DNA from: Tubulanus polymorphus
Taxonomy: Eukaryota > Animalia > Nemertea
Direction: 5' to 3'
Length of the DNA: 64,000 nucleotides
Assembly: GCF_964204645.1 (NCBI RefSeq)
Contig: NC_134030.1
Span: forward strand, 16,554,110-16,618,109
This document shows, one piece after another, positions 23,900-35,862 of the stretch. Every line of letters begins with the position of its first letter. The first letter of the stretch is position 1. The notes below the pieces were generated by a model that saw nothing but the letters and a program-made list of their open reading frames with translations, did no database searches and was not told the origin of the DNA. Both the position numbers and the translations under genes were made by a program.

Positions 23900-25289
23900 C
23901 AAAATTTCATAGTGATCGAATTACTTTTTAGGGGACGTATGCTTGAAAAACACATGCTTTTTAAACAAAACACTCTACTACTCACGCAATCACAGAATTT
24001 ACAGGCTCTATACTACAAAATCTTGAAAAGGGGGATCACTCCATTGGCCTCTTTCTGGACTTATCTAAGGCTTTTGACTCCCTCGATATCAACAAATTAT
24101 TATTTGAATTATCCCACTATGCTATTCGAGGTCATGCCTATAATTGGTTCAAATCATATTTATGCAATCGTAAAATATTTGTTAAATTCAATAATGCCTA
24201 CTCTTCCTATAATACCGTTTCATTTGGTGTCCCACAGGGATCGGTCCTTGGGCCCTTACTTTTTCTTATTCATGTAAATGATCTTAATCACAACCTCTGC
24301 TACACTAAAGCTGTTTCCTTTGCAGATGATACTAACTTACTTATTTCCAACAAACAGATGAATTTACTATTGCATAATGCTAAAATTGATCTCAATATTA
24401 TCATTGACTGGTTTAACTCAAATAAACTCACTCTTAACATAGATAAGACAAAGTGTTTACTTTTTTCAAAAGATAAAACCATTGACAAATCATTATACAA
24501 AATAGTATTTGGAAAACACTCTCTTGAAATAGTAAACTCTACTAAATTTCTTGGTTTGCTAATTGATGATCGTCTAAATTGGGAACCTCATGTAAAACAA
24601 TTAATTAACAAATTAAACAAAAATTTATTTCTTTTAAGAAGCTTAAAAAATCTCATTCCCTGCTGGACTAAAAAAACTGTTATATATAAGCTATATCCAA
24701 AGTCACCTAACGTATGCACTTATTGCGTGGGGGCCATTGTTATCATCTAGTCAATCCAAAAGTCTCTTTACTATTCAGAAAAAAGCACTAAGACTCAGCG
24801 AAAACTCAGCTTATAACGCCCCAACAGGTCCTATTTTCAAAAAATATTAAATACTTAAATTCCATGATCTGATTCAACTGGAAATTATCAAATTAGGATT
24901 TCAATACACTCATAACTCCCTCCAATTCCACTGCTAAATTTATTTCATCATAATTTTAACTTCCACTCCCACAATACCAGACAGTTTAACTATGCGAGAG
25001 CTGCTTTCCATAAACCCAAATTGTACAGTAAATCCTTCTTAGCTCAGATGCCTAGTATTTGGCGAAATACTCCGAATGTTATCCGTTCATCCACCAGCAT
25101 AAATTCACTATCATTCCAATTTAAAAAACAAATATTACTGAAATACGCGTAATTATTCATCTCCCGTTGAGGAAAAACTTGGTATGTGTTTAGTCTTAAC
25201 TAAACTTGACTAGACTGCTATACTAGACTATCTATCTTTGTAATCATTATTATCTGTGGCATTTGCTTTCTCCATATTTGTAATCAATC

Positions 25290-25330
<41 letters not shown>

Positions 25331-25398
25331 TCAATCATTATTATTTCTATTATTATTATCATTATTATTATTATTATTACTATTATTATTATCATTAT
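23900..25398 (+). mobile_element. 5'-truncated LINE (CR1/L2-like) reverse-transcriptase remnant with (TTA)n tail
   Basis: DLSKAFD, GVPQGSVLGPLLF, FADDT, KFLGLLIDDRLNW. Microsatellite tail at about 25290-25398. Confidence 0.88.
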
Positions 25399-25399
25399 G

Positions 25400-27639
25400 A
25401 CGCTCCTTGATATGACCATACCGCAAGTAGCCAATGGACGAATGTTGGATTGCGATGATTTCATTCGTCACGTCTTCATTCCTATTTGTTCTGCATATGA
25501 AATCGATGACAAACTCATAACTAAAACTGAGAATTATTGTCCGGAACTGGGCCACGCGCACAGTTACTTAAACCAGGACCAGAACTTCAACGAGATCATA
25601 ATCGGCCGAAAAGCAATCCCGGGAGATGACGTCATGGCTAGTCTGATTCGCTATTTTGAGCCTGAAAAACGCGAATGTAAATGTCCATGCAATCAATGTG
25701 ATAGCGGTGAACACGATTGTAGGCCGCATTTACTTGCGAAGTACAGCCAAAAGGTACAAAAACTTCCAAAAACTTATATTGAACATGGCCAGATGCCAGA
25801 TTGATATCGCAAGTGGAGCTGTCTATAAAAATATGGACCCAATACAACTGTCTCCGGTCATTGATACGAGACGTTTCATCGCCGAATCAGCTGAACAGCC
25901 CTCATCATGTAGCTATTGGCTCTCAGCTGTACTGGTAAATCGTGGTGCGAGTGCAAATGACGGTCATTACGTTACGTACCGATTTAACAGGGACAGTACC
26001 ATAACCCTCTTCGATGACCATCTAAAGCAATTGGTCGATTTTGATGAAGCGGAGAGAGAAATTACCGACAATGGACAGTTATTTCTGTATACGATTGACC
26101 ATATTCAGCATGATGTTGCGGTGAAGCAACATCCTGTGACCAGAAACGAGACACCTGTCATTACGTCGCCAATTGAAATCCATTACAGCACGTGTTCCGA
26201 CGATTATGTCAGCAATGACACGCCGCCGGCTCAATTGTCTTCCGAGGTGGAGACTAATGACAACGAATGTGATGCGGATATCGCGACTATTGTGTTACCC
26301 ACCAGTCCTAAAAAACTAGAGAGCAAAACAAAAGAACGTCTAGCTGGGATAATACTACCTGACGGAGATTTCCATGCAGATTTACCGTCATGTGGAGAAT
26401 TCATCTTAGAAAAGATGGAATGGGACGTGCTAATAGAAAATAGCAAATTTTACAAAACTAAATACAGCTGGCTTACTTTGCCTTCGAACTGGGTAAATGT
26501 CATCCACAAACATGTACAAAAATTGAACCCATATTGTCCTATCCAGTACTCTAGGCACAGGGTGAAATTTCCGGATTTCCCTGGTTTAATGGTATTCGCC
26601 ATTTCAGCAGGGTAATGACACGAGTTTGCATTTTAAGTATTGCCGGCATTGAGACACGTACAGGAGAATCGGAAATGAGAAAGTTAAACGGGACATAGAA
26701 AGCGACAAATTGAATTGTGCAACAAGCGAACCAAATCACAGACAGTCAACCGAATTGCTAATGAAAATAAACAAGTACTTCATACCAACGATCCCGATTT
26801 GGTTAAACATGCTAACCGGTAATTTACAACGTCACTTCAAATCAGATGATCTCGCAATAAAATCGCTCCACAATGTTCCGAAAACTCAAGGTATCATGGA
26901 AGAATATTGGAAAGACATGAAAGGTGCAATGACTATACGTATGTGCGTTGGCGAAACGATGCTTTGGTTTTGCATGCCAAGGACTTTCACGTCAGCCGCT
27001 GCAAGAAATTTTTCATCCAAAATGCACAAAAATTGAGAAAGCGAAGGTGTCTGGGGAAAAAAGCGATCACTTTAGCGACTGAAAAATGGCAACACACACG
27101 TAAGGTGTTGGGGAGAGCGAGAACTGGCAATGGAAATGCAAAGAAAGGTCACTTTCTAAAAGCTCCTATAAAATCGCTGAATCTCACACCTGCAAGATGT
27201 AAAAAGAATACGAACGACGAAGCTAAAAGTGTTAAAAAGAAAGATCAGTTATCCCCTAACTGAAACCACGAAAAGGTCAAAACCATAATAGAATCTGATT
27301 GCGACGAAAACACTGGTAGTATTGATAAAAAACCGACACGCAAGCCATCTTACAGACGAGATCATCGACCGAGTCGCTGAAACTACTACTTGGTTACAAG
27401 ATGACCACATACAAGCTTTCGCAGAAGCCATGTTCGTAACAAAGACAACGGACTTTCTTCCAAGTTTTTTCATCACGTCACTCCTTTTGAACAGGAAAAA
27501 AACAGGTTGCAAGATATTTACAAGGCGAACTAGACCAGAATAGGTTCATGCTCGACCGTAAAAAGATTTTCATACCACACAATAAAGGTAACAACCACTG
27601 GGTATGCATAATTTTTGACGCTGGCAATAAAAAGATATA
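25400..27639 (+). pseudogene. Transposon-like remnant with USP (C19) and Ulp1 (C48) protease domains, possibly Mutator/NOF-like
   Basis: USP His box AVLVNRGASANDGHYVTY..LFDD. Ulp1-like WLQDDHIQAF and IFIPHNKGNNHWVCIIFD, cut by the element at 27640. Confidence 0.55.
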
Positions 27640-28042
27640 AGTAATAGGGGTAATAGGCTTTCAAATCAAAGGTCGAACGGTCGAGCTCATTAAAAAACAA
27701 AATATTAAAAGTAATTTAAAACTATAATATATTTTCATAACCGTGTGCATTTCGTATTATAACTAAATATTTATTCTAAGATATTAATAATTTTAATTTT
27801 AAAAGCATATTGTATTAAATCAATTGGTCGCTCCGCTTCGCTACCGCTCCGCGACCAATTGATTTATTACAATACACAAATTCATAATCAAATATATTTT
27901 AATAATAATAATTATTCTATTATTCAACTGAAATGCACACGGTTATGAAAATATATTATAGTTTTAAATTACTTTTAATATTTTGTTTTTAATGAACTTG
28001 ACCATTCAACCTTTAACCTGAAAGCCTATCACCCCTATTACT
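27640..28042. repeat. 403-bp fold-back with a nested central hairpin
   Basis: Arms 27640-27753 / 27930-28042. Inner aatcaattggtcgc / gcgaccaattgatt. Confidence 0.9.
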
Positions 28043-28275
28043 CTTAAAATATTCATATACATGAATAACATTTAAATTGACAGATTATTCAATATAAAGG
28101 TGTGAGCTCTTATAGAATAGATATATAGATATATTTTAAACATTATTTCAATATTCATATTTGTATGAGTTAGATTTTTAAACATTAAAAGTGTTAGTAA
28201 AGTGTGATTTAAATAATTCATATATAAATCATTGAACTTCTAAAATCAATTTAGTAAAAAAATATGTATAATAAA

Positions 28276-28943
28276 TCGAATCAGAACAACCACAAACTAT
28301 CAATATTACAAATAACACTGGCGTCATAAATATATACTACAAGAAGTGTTCTAAGTGTGAATTAGATAAATTAGCTTTAACAGAATTTAGTAAGCGTAAG
28401 ATTAGCAAAGATAGTTTTCAATATTGCTGTAAAACTTGTTTTAAACTATATACCAAACAATACCGAGAAGATAATATAGAAAATTATAATTATTATATGG
28501 CAGAATATATAAGAGATAAGATATAAAACAGATCTTAATTTTAGATTGAAACAATGTTTAAGATCTAGATTAACACAATTATTCAACAAAGAAACACATT
28601 CAGAAACACTATCTAATTTATTGGGTTGTTCAGATGAATTCTTAAAATCATGGATTTTTTTCAATTCGATGATGAAATGAATATAGATAATTATGGTGAA
28701 TACTTTCATATTGATCACGTGTTGCCGATTTCTAAATTTGACATGAGTGATGATTATAATAAGAAGCTAATCTGGAACTGGAGAAATTTAAGACCTTTAG
28801 AAAAGAAATAAAATATAATTAAATCTAACAAACTAGATATGAAATTATATTTAGATTAACTAGATTAAGCAAAGACATTTGTTGAATTATGGAATAGTAT
28901 TTCACAGAATCAACCGCATTCTGAGGTTTTAATCAGTGGTTAG
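28276..28943 (+). pseudogene. HNH endonuclease with N-terminal zinc ribbon
   Basis: KKCSKC..CKTC, LLGCS, HIDHVLPISKFD and WRNLRPL..N..KSNK. The start codon appears mutated (TAAATC) and there are frameshifts. Confidence 0.8.
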
Positions 28944-29309
28944 AAAGCTGGCAATTCTATTTGAGCTTTGTATGTCTATAATACATAGCTTTTGCTTACT
29001 ACTAAAACATATGTTGCCAAATATATCTTGTTTTCAATTCTAAAGAATTAATAAACTTCATCATAAAAAACATCTGTTACAATCCAGGCAAACATGCAGA
29101 AATAATTAGTTTAGTCGAACGTGCGCCACGTCGGCAGTTAGAAATCAACTTTCACATACATAGTACGTATTGGATATTCTCTCTCAAAACACAGTTTACA
29201 GTTCTAAATCCAAATGTAAGTACCGTTTTTTGTAGTTATTATGAAGTAGGGAAACCTTTAAACATATTTAAGTACAGTAATTCATTTTCACGGCATCTTT
29301 TAGATTAAA

Positions 29310-29776
29310 ATGGAATACAGAGATCGACCAGAAATTCCAAGTCAACCATCGGAAGAGGAACCAGAAACGATGGATAGTGAAACACAGGAATCAATAGAAA
29401 TGGAGGATGAAACTCTCGTAATTGACGAACAAACTTCACAAAATTACAAGAACATTTGGATTATCATCAAGAAATCGTGAAAATTCTGAGTGATGTAATA
29501 CATAATAAACAATTACCGCGCGAACTACAATTACCAAAATTACCAGCAACGCGACTTAAATTGCTGTTGGGACTCAAAGAATCGAAAACTAAGAAAATGA
29601 GTGGAGATATCAGTGCCGGCTTTGAAAGAAAACTGAGAAGAGTAGGTAGATTAATAAAATATGAAAAATTCAAAATATTAGGATTAGCATTTAGTGAAGT
29701 AGTCAGATATTTACCAGAAATTAAAGAAATGATTGGAAACAATCCAGTAATTAAAGAATTCTGGACAAAATTATAA
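29310..29776 (+). pseudogene. Cargo gene (about 155 aa, acidic N-terminus) with a putative 5'UTR intron at 29216-29303
   Basis: MEYRDRPEIPSQPSEEEPE.. is joined by one frameshift to ORF 29456-29776. gtaagt...tttag lies just upstream. Confidence 0.5.
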
Positions 29777-29877
29777 ATTATAACACTGAAGGTCTTTGTA
29801 ATATAGATATATCAAAAACATGTAATCTCGATTGTATATATCTGATTTAATATTGTATTGTTTACTGTAAACTAAGT

Positions 29878-30094
29878 ATTGCGCAATAACCGGTCCGATT
29901 GGACCGCTTTTCTATTGTTCTCCATTGTTCTATTATCGATCGTTGTTGACGGAAACAGCTGCTCAATATTGATTGGTTACAGTTCTATGTTTGAATGTTG
30001 TAGTTTACAGAATAAAAATATAACTGTGCATTGCGCAATAGCCGGTCCGATTGGACCGCTTTTCTATTGTTCTCCATTGTTCTATTATCGATCG
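29878..30094. promoter_or_regulatory. Duplicated 65-bp module with C/EBP-, CCAAT- and SOX-like sites
   Basis: 29878-29942 and 30030-30094 differ at one base. Each contains ATTGCGCAAT, cggtccgattggaccg and two ATTGTT. Confidence 0.45.
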
Positions 30095-30301
30095 CTAAAA
30101 TTTACATAATAAATATATGTGTTTATGGAATAATATTTCCACCAGTCGTTTCGTTGAATTGATTTTCAGTTGAGGATTTATTATCGAGGATCCGAAATGA
30201 CTTATCAAAAGCAGCGAGGAATGAAAAAGGATGACGTTAGTCGAAGAAATGGAAGAAGATTCTAAAATGTGAATCAATTTTAATAAAAATTTGATTTATA
30301 A

Positions 30302-30517
30302 ATGGAAAGGAATGATGAATACAATAAAAAACTTATTTGGAATCGGAAAAATTTAAGACCTCTTGAAAAGAAAGAAAATAAAAAAAAATCTTATAAACTA
30401 GATTTACAGTTATATTTAGAACAGTTAACAAAGGCAAAGAAATTTATTGATCAATGGAACAATGATCCAAAAAATGAACAATACGTTGAGGAATTTGATA
30501 TCAAGGATCCGAAATGA
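30302..30517 (+). CDS. Duplicated C-terminal part of the HNH protein
   Basis: YNKKLIWNRKNLRPLEKKEN matches about 28750-28900. It has its own TATAAATG start. Confidence 0.6.
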   Translation: MERNDEYNKKLIWNRKNLRPLEKKENKKKSYKLDLQLYLEQLTKAKKFIDQWNNDPKNEQYVEEFDIKDPK

Positions 30518-30826
30518 CATCTGGACAGTTATAATTACTGCTCCTAATAGATAAACAAAAGTAGTGAGATATCAAATAGAATTCAAAAAAAAAATATATT
30601 AAAAAAACAATAACTTCAACTAGCCATTATTTCTATTTTAATTTTTAATATTTTCTTTTACAATTCTTTTCAAAAGAGAATACTTTATATCGCAAATAAA
30701 AAATACTAAAAAACAATAACTAATACTAAAATTCTTTACCTTTAACTAAGCTAGTATCAATCTAAAGAGATACTGGTATCATTTTATAATACTTATATTT
30801 TTTTTTCACTTTTTTCTCTAATATAA

Positions 30827-31429
30827 ATGTCAAAGAAATCGAGTAAGAATAGTATTGATATTGAAAAGACATTACATGATTTGGGTATAAGTGATAATAA
30901 AGATACAGTTGTAACTAATTGTGCTCAAGTTAATTGTAATATTGATTATGAATACTATTTATATTGTAAACACCATCTTGAATTACTAATTGCTGGCGGG
31001 AAATCTAAGGATTTCTTGGGAAAAATAATAACTTTTCAAGAATTAGATGCTATGAAACCAGATAAAGTAATAGAATATTTTAAGATTTACGAAAAAGTTA
31101 GATTAGCTAGAATAAATTATTTTATTTCAGATGGTATTGTCAAATGTTACTCTAAGTTATGTAACCAGTTAATACCAATTGATGATGAAAATAAATTATA
31201 TAGTGATTTGAAAAATTACTACTTAGTTATGACTGAATTACAAAAATGGGTCGGATATGCTTCATTTCAATTAGGATCGGTTATGACATTAATTTCTACT
31301 GGTGTCATAACATTTCCGAACATCAAACCTATGGAATATAAATCAGGTAAGAACGAAACAGATGTACTACAACCAAACCGTGAAACAGAAAATGAATCAG
31401 AACAAAAATTAACTAAAATAAATGAGTGA
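30827..31429 (+). CDS. Conserved hypothetical Maverick protein (200 aa)
   Basis: Homologue of 8657-9248, with TAAATG start. Confidence 0.75.
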   Translation: MSKKSSKNSIDIEKTLHDLGISDNKDTVVTNCAQVNCNIDYEYYLYCKHHLELLIAGGKSKDFLGKIITFQELDAMKPDKVIEYFKIYEKVRLARINYFISDGIVKCYSKLCNQLIPIDDENKLYSDLKNYYLVMTELQKWVGYASFQLGSVMTLISTGVITFPNIKPMEYKSGKNETDVLQPNRETENESEQKLTKINE

Positions 31430-31819
31430 TGGAGTTAAGAAAAAGGCTAGATCCGAGAAACAAATTAAATGGGCAAGAGAATTAGGTAAAAGATCTTCAG
31501 AATTAAGAAAAAAGCTAAGAAAAAGAAATTAACTGATATAAATGAATCACAGAAATTATCTGATATTAATTCAAATAATAATCCATCTGATTTTTCTAAT
31601 AGTGGAAGAAATAATTACTTATATATTACAATTGGGTTAATCACAATTATTATATTCTCTGGTGTAATATATAAATCAAAATTCAAATCTGATGATAAAG
31701 ATGATTCCAATGATGATCGGAAACTTAGTTATCCGTGTACAGACAATAAACCTATTATACCAGAAAATAAGTCAAATCATAAAACCATTGAAACTAAATC
31801 TAAATTATTAATGGATTAA
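31422..31819 (+). pseudogene. Small TM protein homologous to 8350-8709
   Basis: MSDGVKKKARSEKQIKWARELG.., with a frameshift. Confidence 0.6.
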
Positions 31820-31825
31820 AATAAG

Positions 31826-32934
31826 ATGAAAAAAGAACAATATTTAAGAGATTTATATTACAACCCAGAAAGTGACGCATCATATTCTAACGTTTCAGAA
31901 TTATGGAATAAAATTAAATCTGATAATGAAAATGGTAATATAAAATATAGTGAACTAAGATTATGGTTAGAAAATCAACCAACATATCAAATTCACAAGA
32001 AAATGGATAAAACTTATTTAACAAGAAAAGTTATGGTTTCTTATATCGATCAGCAATGGCAAGCAGATTTAATCGACATGAAGAACTTAGAAGAATACAA
32101 CAAAGGATATTTCTGGATACTGAATGTTATAGACATATTCAGTAGATACGCATGGTCAATTCCAATCAAAAATAAAACTGGTATAGAAGTAACAAATGCT
32201 TTTAAATCTATATTTAAAGAAGCTATTGCAGATAAGATACAATTTGATGAAGGTAAAGAATTTTATAACAAACATTTTAAAAAACAATTATCTGATAACA
32301 ATGTAAACTATTTTTCAACACACTCAGATAAAAAGCATCTAATATAGAAAGATTTATTAAAACATTGAAAACTAGAATGTGGAAATATTTTACTGCTAAT
32401 GAAACATATAAATATATCGATGTGTTAGATGATTTAGTGAAAGGTTATAATAATTCTAAACATAGTTCTATAAATATGAAACCTATACAAGCTAGAAAAG
32501 AAGATAATTCAGAAATAGTTTGGAATAATTTATATGAAGCATTTCTTACACATGATTTTGGAGAACCTAAATTTAAAATAGGACAACATGTCAGAATATC
32601 TAAATATAGAAAAACATTTTATAAAGGTTATACTCCAAATTTTACTGAAGAAATATTCAAGATTAAAAAGATAATATTAACTAAACCATTTGTTTATAAA
32701 CTAGAAGATCTAAAAGATGAAGAAATATTAGGTTATTTCTATGAACAAGAATTATCACCAAATCCAGATGAAATAGAATACAAAATAGAAAAAGTATTGA
32801 AGACAAAAACTCTTAAAGGAAAAAAGTATTCTTTGGTGAAATATAAAGGATATGATGATAAATTTAATGAATGGATTTTATCTAGTAAAATTTTTCTTGT
32901 TTTAAATTATCATAAAATTTCGGTAATTTATTGA
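31826..32934 (+). pseudogene. rve integrase with chromodomain (one frameshift near 32340)
   Basis: YYNP, QWQADLIDM, IDIFSRYAW, QFDEGKEF, then LVKYKGYDDKFNEWI. Confidence 0.93.
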
Positions 32935-32976
32935 AATTTAATGTTTCTAAATCCTTTGTTTTTATTTTACCATAAC

Positions 32977-33606
32977 CTAATTTATTATTATAGATATTAT
33001 AAAAAAAATATTAGATGGTATGGGAAGTGCACAATATTCTGCAATCTTTTTAGGGCAAGGAAGTGATCTTATTGTTCCTATTTTTGTTCTAAAATCAGAA
33101 TTATTTATATCTATATTAAATTCATTACAAATTTTATAAAACTTTGATAAATTAATATTATTATCTAATTCTTTAAAATATCTAGATCCTGGGAAAGCGC
33201 ACTCTAATTCATTTAATATTATTCTGATTTGAAAGTATGTATGAAATCTAAATAAACTTTGAATTAATTTATATTTAGAATTATTCAAATGATCATTCCA
33301 ACTAATTCCACAACCTGTTGTTGCACAATAAACAGCAAAATTTAATTGGTTCTGCCAATACTTCATATTAGATTTTAATAACCATTGTTTTTCATCTTTC
33401 AATTTTTTAAAATTAATTAAATATACATGAAATATATTTTCCATCTTTGCATTAAAATTATAAGTTTCAGTAACATAAATTTTTTAATTAGTTAATGAAT
33501 CTAAAACTTCATTTCTATATGTAATATCTTTATTAAAATCTATTGCTGGAATATTATATTTAATTGATTTATTATATTGGAAAGCTTTTGAAAAACTATC
33601 TACCAT
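32977..33606 (-). pseudogene. Conserved Maverick protein, N-terminal part
   Basis: YWQNQLNFAVYCATTGCGIS. TAAATG start at 33606, one internal stop. Confidence 0.6.
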
Positions 33607-33629
33607 TTATATAATTAAAAAATTAATAA

Positions 33630-34048
33630 TTTATTAATTCTTTTAATAATTTATCTTGTTCTTCAACTGTTATATGGCCATTTAAACTTATTATATAATC
33701 TAGTGTATTTTTTGATTTATTAATTTCTTTTATATTAGTTTTAATTTTTTCTTAATTACTTTTTATATTTAATTTTGAACTTATACCAGTTAAAACACTT
33801 GAACTTAATCCTAATACACCAATTGATATAGCTTAAGGTGTTAATGGACTGAATATTGCTAGAGATGTTATTACAGAACTAATTGTAACCGAACCACTTA
33901 TAATCAAATAATATATAATTTTCCTTTTTAAATATTTTTTCTTTTTTATCTTTAAGTCACTTTCAAATTCTAATATTTGTTTTTCTAAAAATATTTTTAA
34001 TTTAGTTTTATTTATATCATGAGTAATAATATCAATATTATCATCCAT
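33630..34048 (-). pseudogene. Copy of the membrane protein 13442-13858
   Basis: Near-identical DNA with a premature stop. Confidence 0.7.
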
Positions 34049-34067
34049 TTATTTAGCAAAAAAATTA

Positions 34068-34490
34068 CTAATTAGTAAACTTATAAGCAACAAATATAAC
34101 AATAACAGTTCCACCTAAAATCCATATTATTTCATATTTCTGTTGTTCTTTACTTGGGGTATAATAATCTGATAATTTAGGTTTGTATAGATGTAATTTT
34201 TCTTTATTGGTTACCGCGTTATATAAACTCATTGCATCATCGACTGATTGAAAATCTCTATGTGAAATCTTCTGATCATATAATTCCTTGTTAATATAAT
34301 CCATATAGTTTTGCCTCTTTTCTCTGTATTCTTCTGCTGCTTTATTGTATTTTTCTAATGCTAAGTTATGTCTTCTTTGTTCTCCTAATGAACTATTTTT
34401 ATCAATATGCTTGAATAAATAACCACCACCAGTAAATGCTAAAGCGTTAACAATTGCCGATCCTATAATAGTTGTAATTGCAGAAGCCAT
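34068..34490 (-). CDS. Small virion/membrane protein (140 aa)
   Basis: Intact. Hydrophobic N-terminus, coiled coil, C-terminal TM. Confidence 0.7.
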   Translation of the reverse strand: MASAITTIIGSAIVNALAFTGGGYLFKHIDKNSSLGEQRRHNLALEKYNKAAEEYREKRQNYMDYINKELYDQKISHRDFQSVDDAMSLYNAVTNKEKLHLYKPKLSDYYTPSKEQQKYEIIWILGGTVIVIFVAYKFTN

Positions 34491-35109
34491 TTATTTAGTA
34501 AAATAATTTCGCATTTATATGGGAGGAATATATTTTTGTTTTTCTAAATAATCAATAGTTAAATTAGATAGAGTAACTGCTAATGTTAATTATAAGATAT
34601 CATTTATATCAAATCTATCAACATTAACACTTTCCATTTTGAATACTTTTTTTAATACCATTGAATAACCAACAGTTCCAACTGATAGTAATGCTCCATT
34701 ATATAATCCAGTTATTATCCACTTATTATCACTCATTTATTTATCAAAAAATTACTATCATCAAAATATTTAGTGAACTTATTTATGATTAAATCAACAT
34801 TTATTTCATTACTAGTTTCATTTGTATATATTTCAATTATTATATTTTTAATATCATTGATGATAAAATCTTCATCTTATTCATAAAATCTTAAAGATTC
34901 TCTAATTAAATTAGTAATCTTTTCTACATTTAAAGTTTCTTTATCTATTGTTGTTTCATACTCAAATGTTGTTTCATTAGAAAATTCAATATTTTTAATA
35001 TGTATAATTACATCATTTATGTTAAATTTCATTTCTTTCTCACGTTCTCAAGTCAAACCCAAAACATATACTCGGTCTAACAGTTATATTCATTTATATA
35101 GTGAAAAAA

Positions 35110-35862
35110 TTACTCTTTACATCTTATAACTAATTCATAAATTACAGGAAAGTTATTCAAATCAATTAAATATCCATTATGATTTCTTATTTCTAATTTA
35201 AGATTATTAAATTGAGGAATGCATGGTTTGAAATCACATTCTGTTAAATTATAATTTATTTGAGTTCCAAATTGTTTAACATTTTTTAATGGTAAAATAT
35301 TTAATATACTAGAATTACAAATATCTTTAGTTGCTTCAAATGTTTTTGTAGGATTAATTAAATTGCAATAAATATAAAAGTGTGTAAAAGTCATTACATT
35401 TCTATAAGTTTCGATACTTGAATAATGTCTATCCGGAAGAATTCCAAACAGTTTAGCTAAAGGTTTTCTTACTAGAAATCTATGTTGTTCATTAGTTAAC
35501 TTTATTCTTATTTTATTCGAACTATCACTTTTAATAAATTTAATTTCAAATCGAGCAGCTGAGCCCATTTTTAAACGAGCTCTTTTATTAATTTCTTGCG
35601 CTAATGTTTCTAAATTATATAATCCTGGTTTTAGATAAAGATGAAACCATTTATTCAAATTTCTAACATAAATTTTAAAAGCTAAATGATCAAGACTTTT
35701 ATTCGATATATTATGAAAAGAATTACATAAACTTATATTAACTAATTTTAAATCAACACAATTCTTAAATTCTCTATCTAATTGTACTAGTAAATTATGA
35801 GATTTATAATTTGTAAGTTTTCTTGAATCAACAAATATTCTGTATTCTTTTAATTCTACCAT
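35110..35862 (-). CDS. Probable minor capsid (penton) protein, 250 aa
   Basis: Intact ORF. PGLYNL, FYIYCNLI and IRNHNGYLIDLN motifs; size and position in the structural module fit. Confidence 0.7.
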   Translation of the reverse strand: MVELKEYRIFVDSRKLTNYKSHNLLVQLDREFKNCVDLKLVNISLCNSFHNISNKSLDHLAFKIYVRNLNKWFHLYLKPGLYNLETLAQEINKRARLKMGSAARFEIKFIKSDSSNKIRIKLTNEQHRFLVRKPLAKLFGILPDRHYSSIETYRNVMTFTHFYIYCNLINPTKTFEATKDICNSSILNILPLKNVKQFGTQINYNLTECDFKPCIPQFNNLKLEIRNHNGYLIDLNNFPVIYELVIRCKE

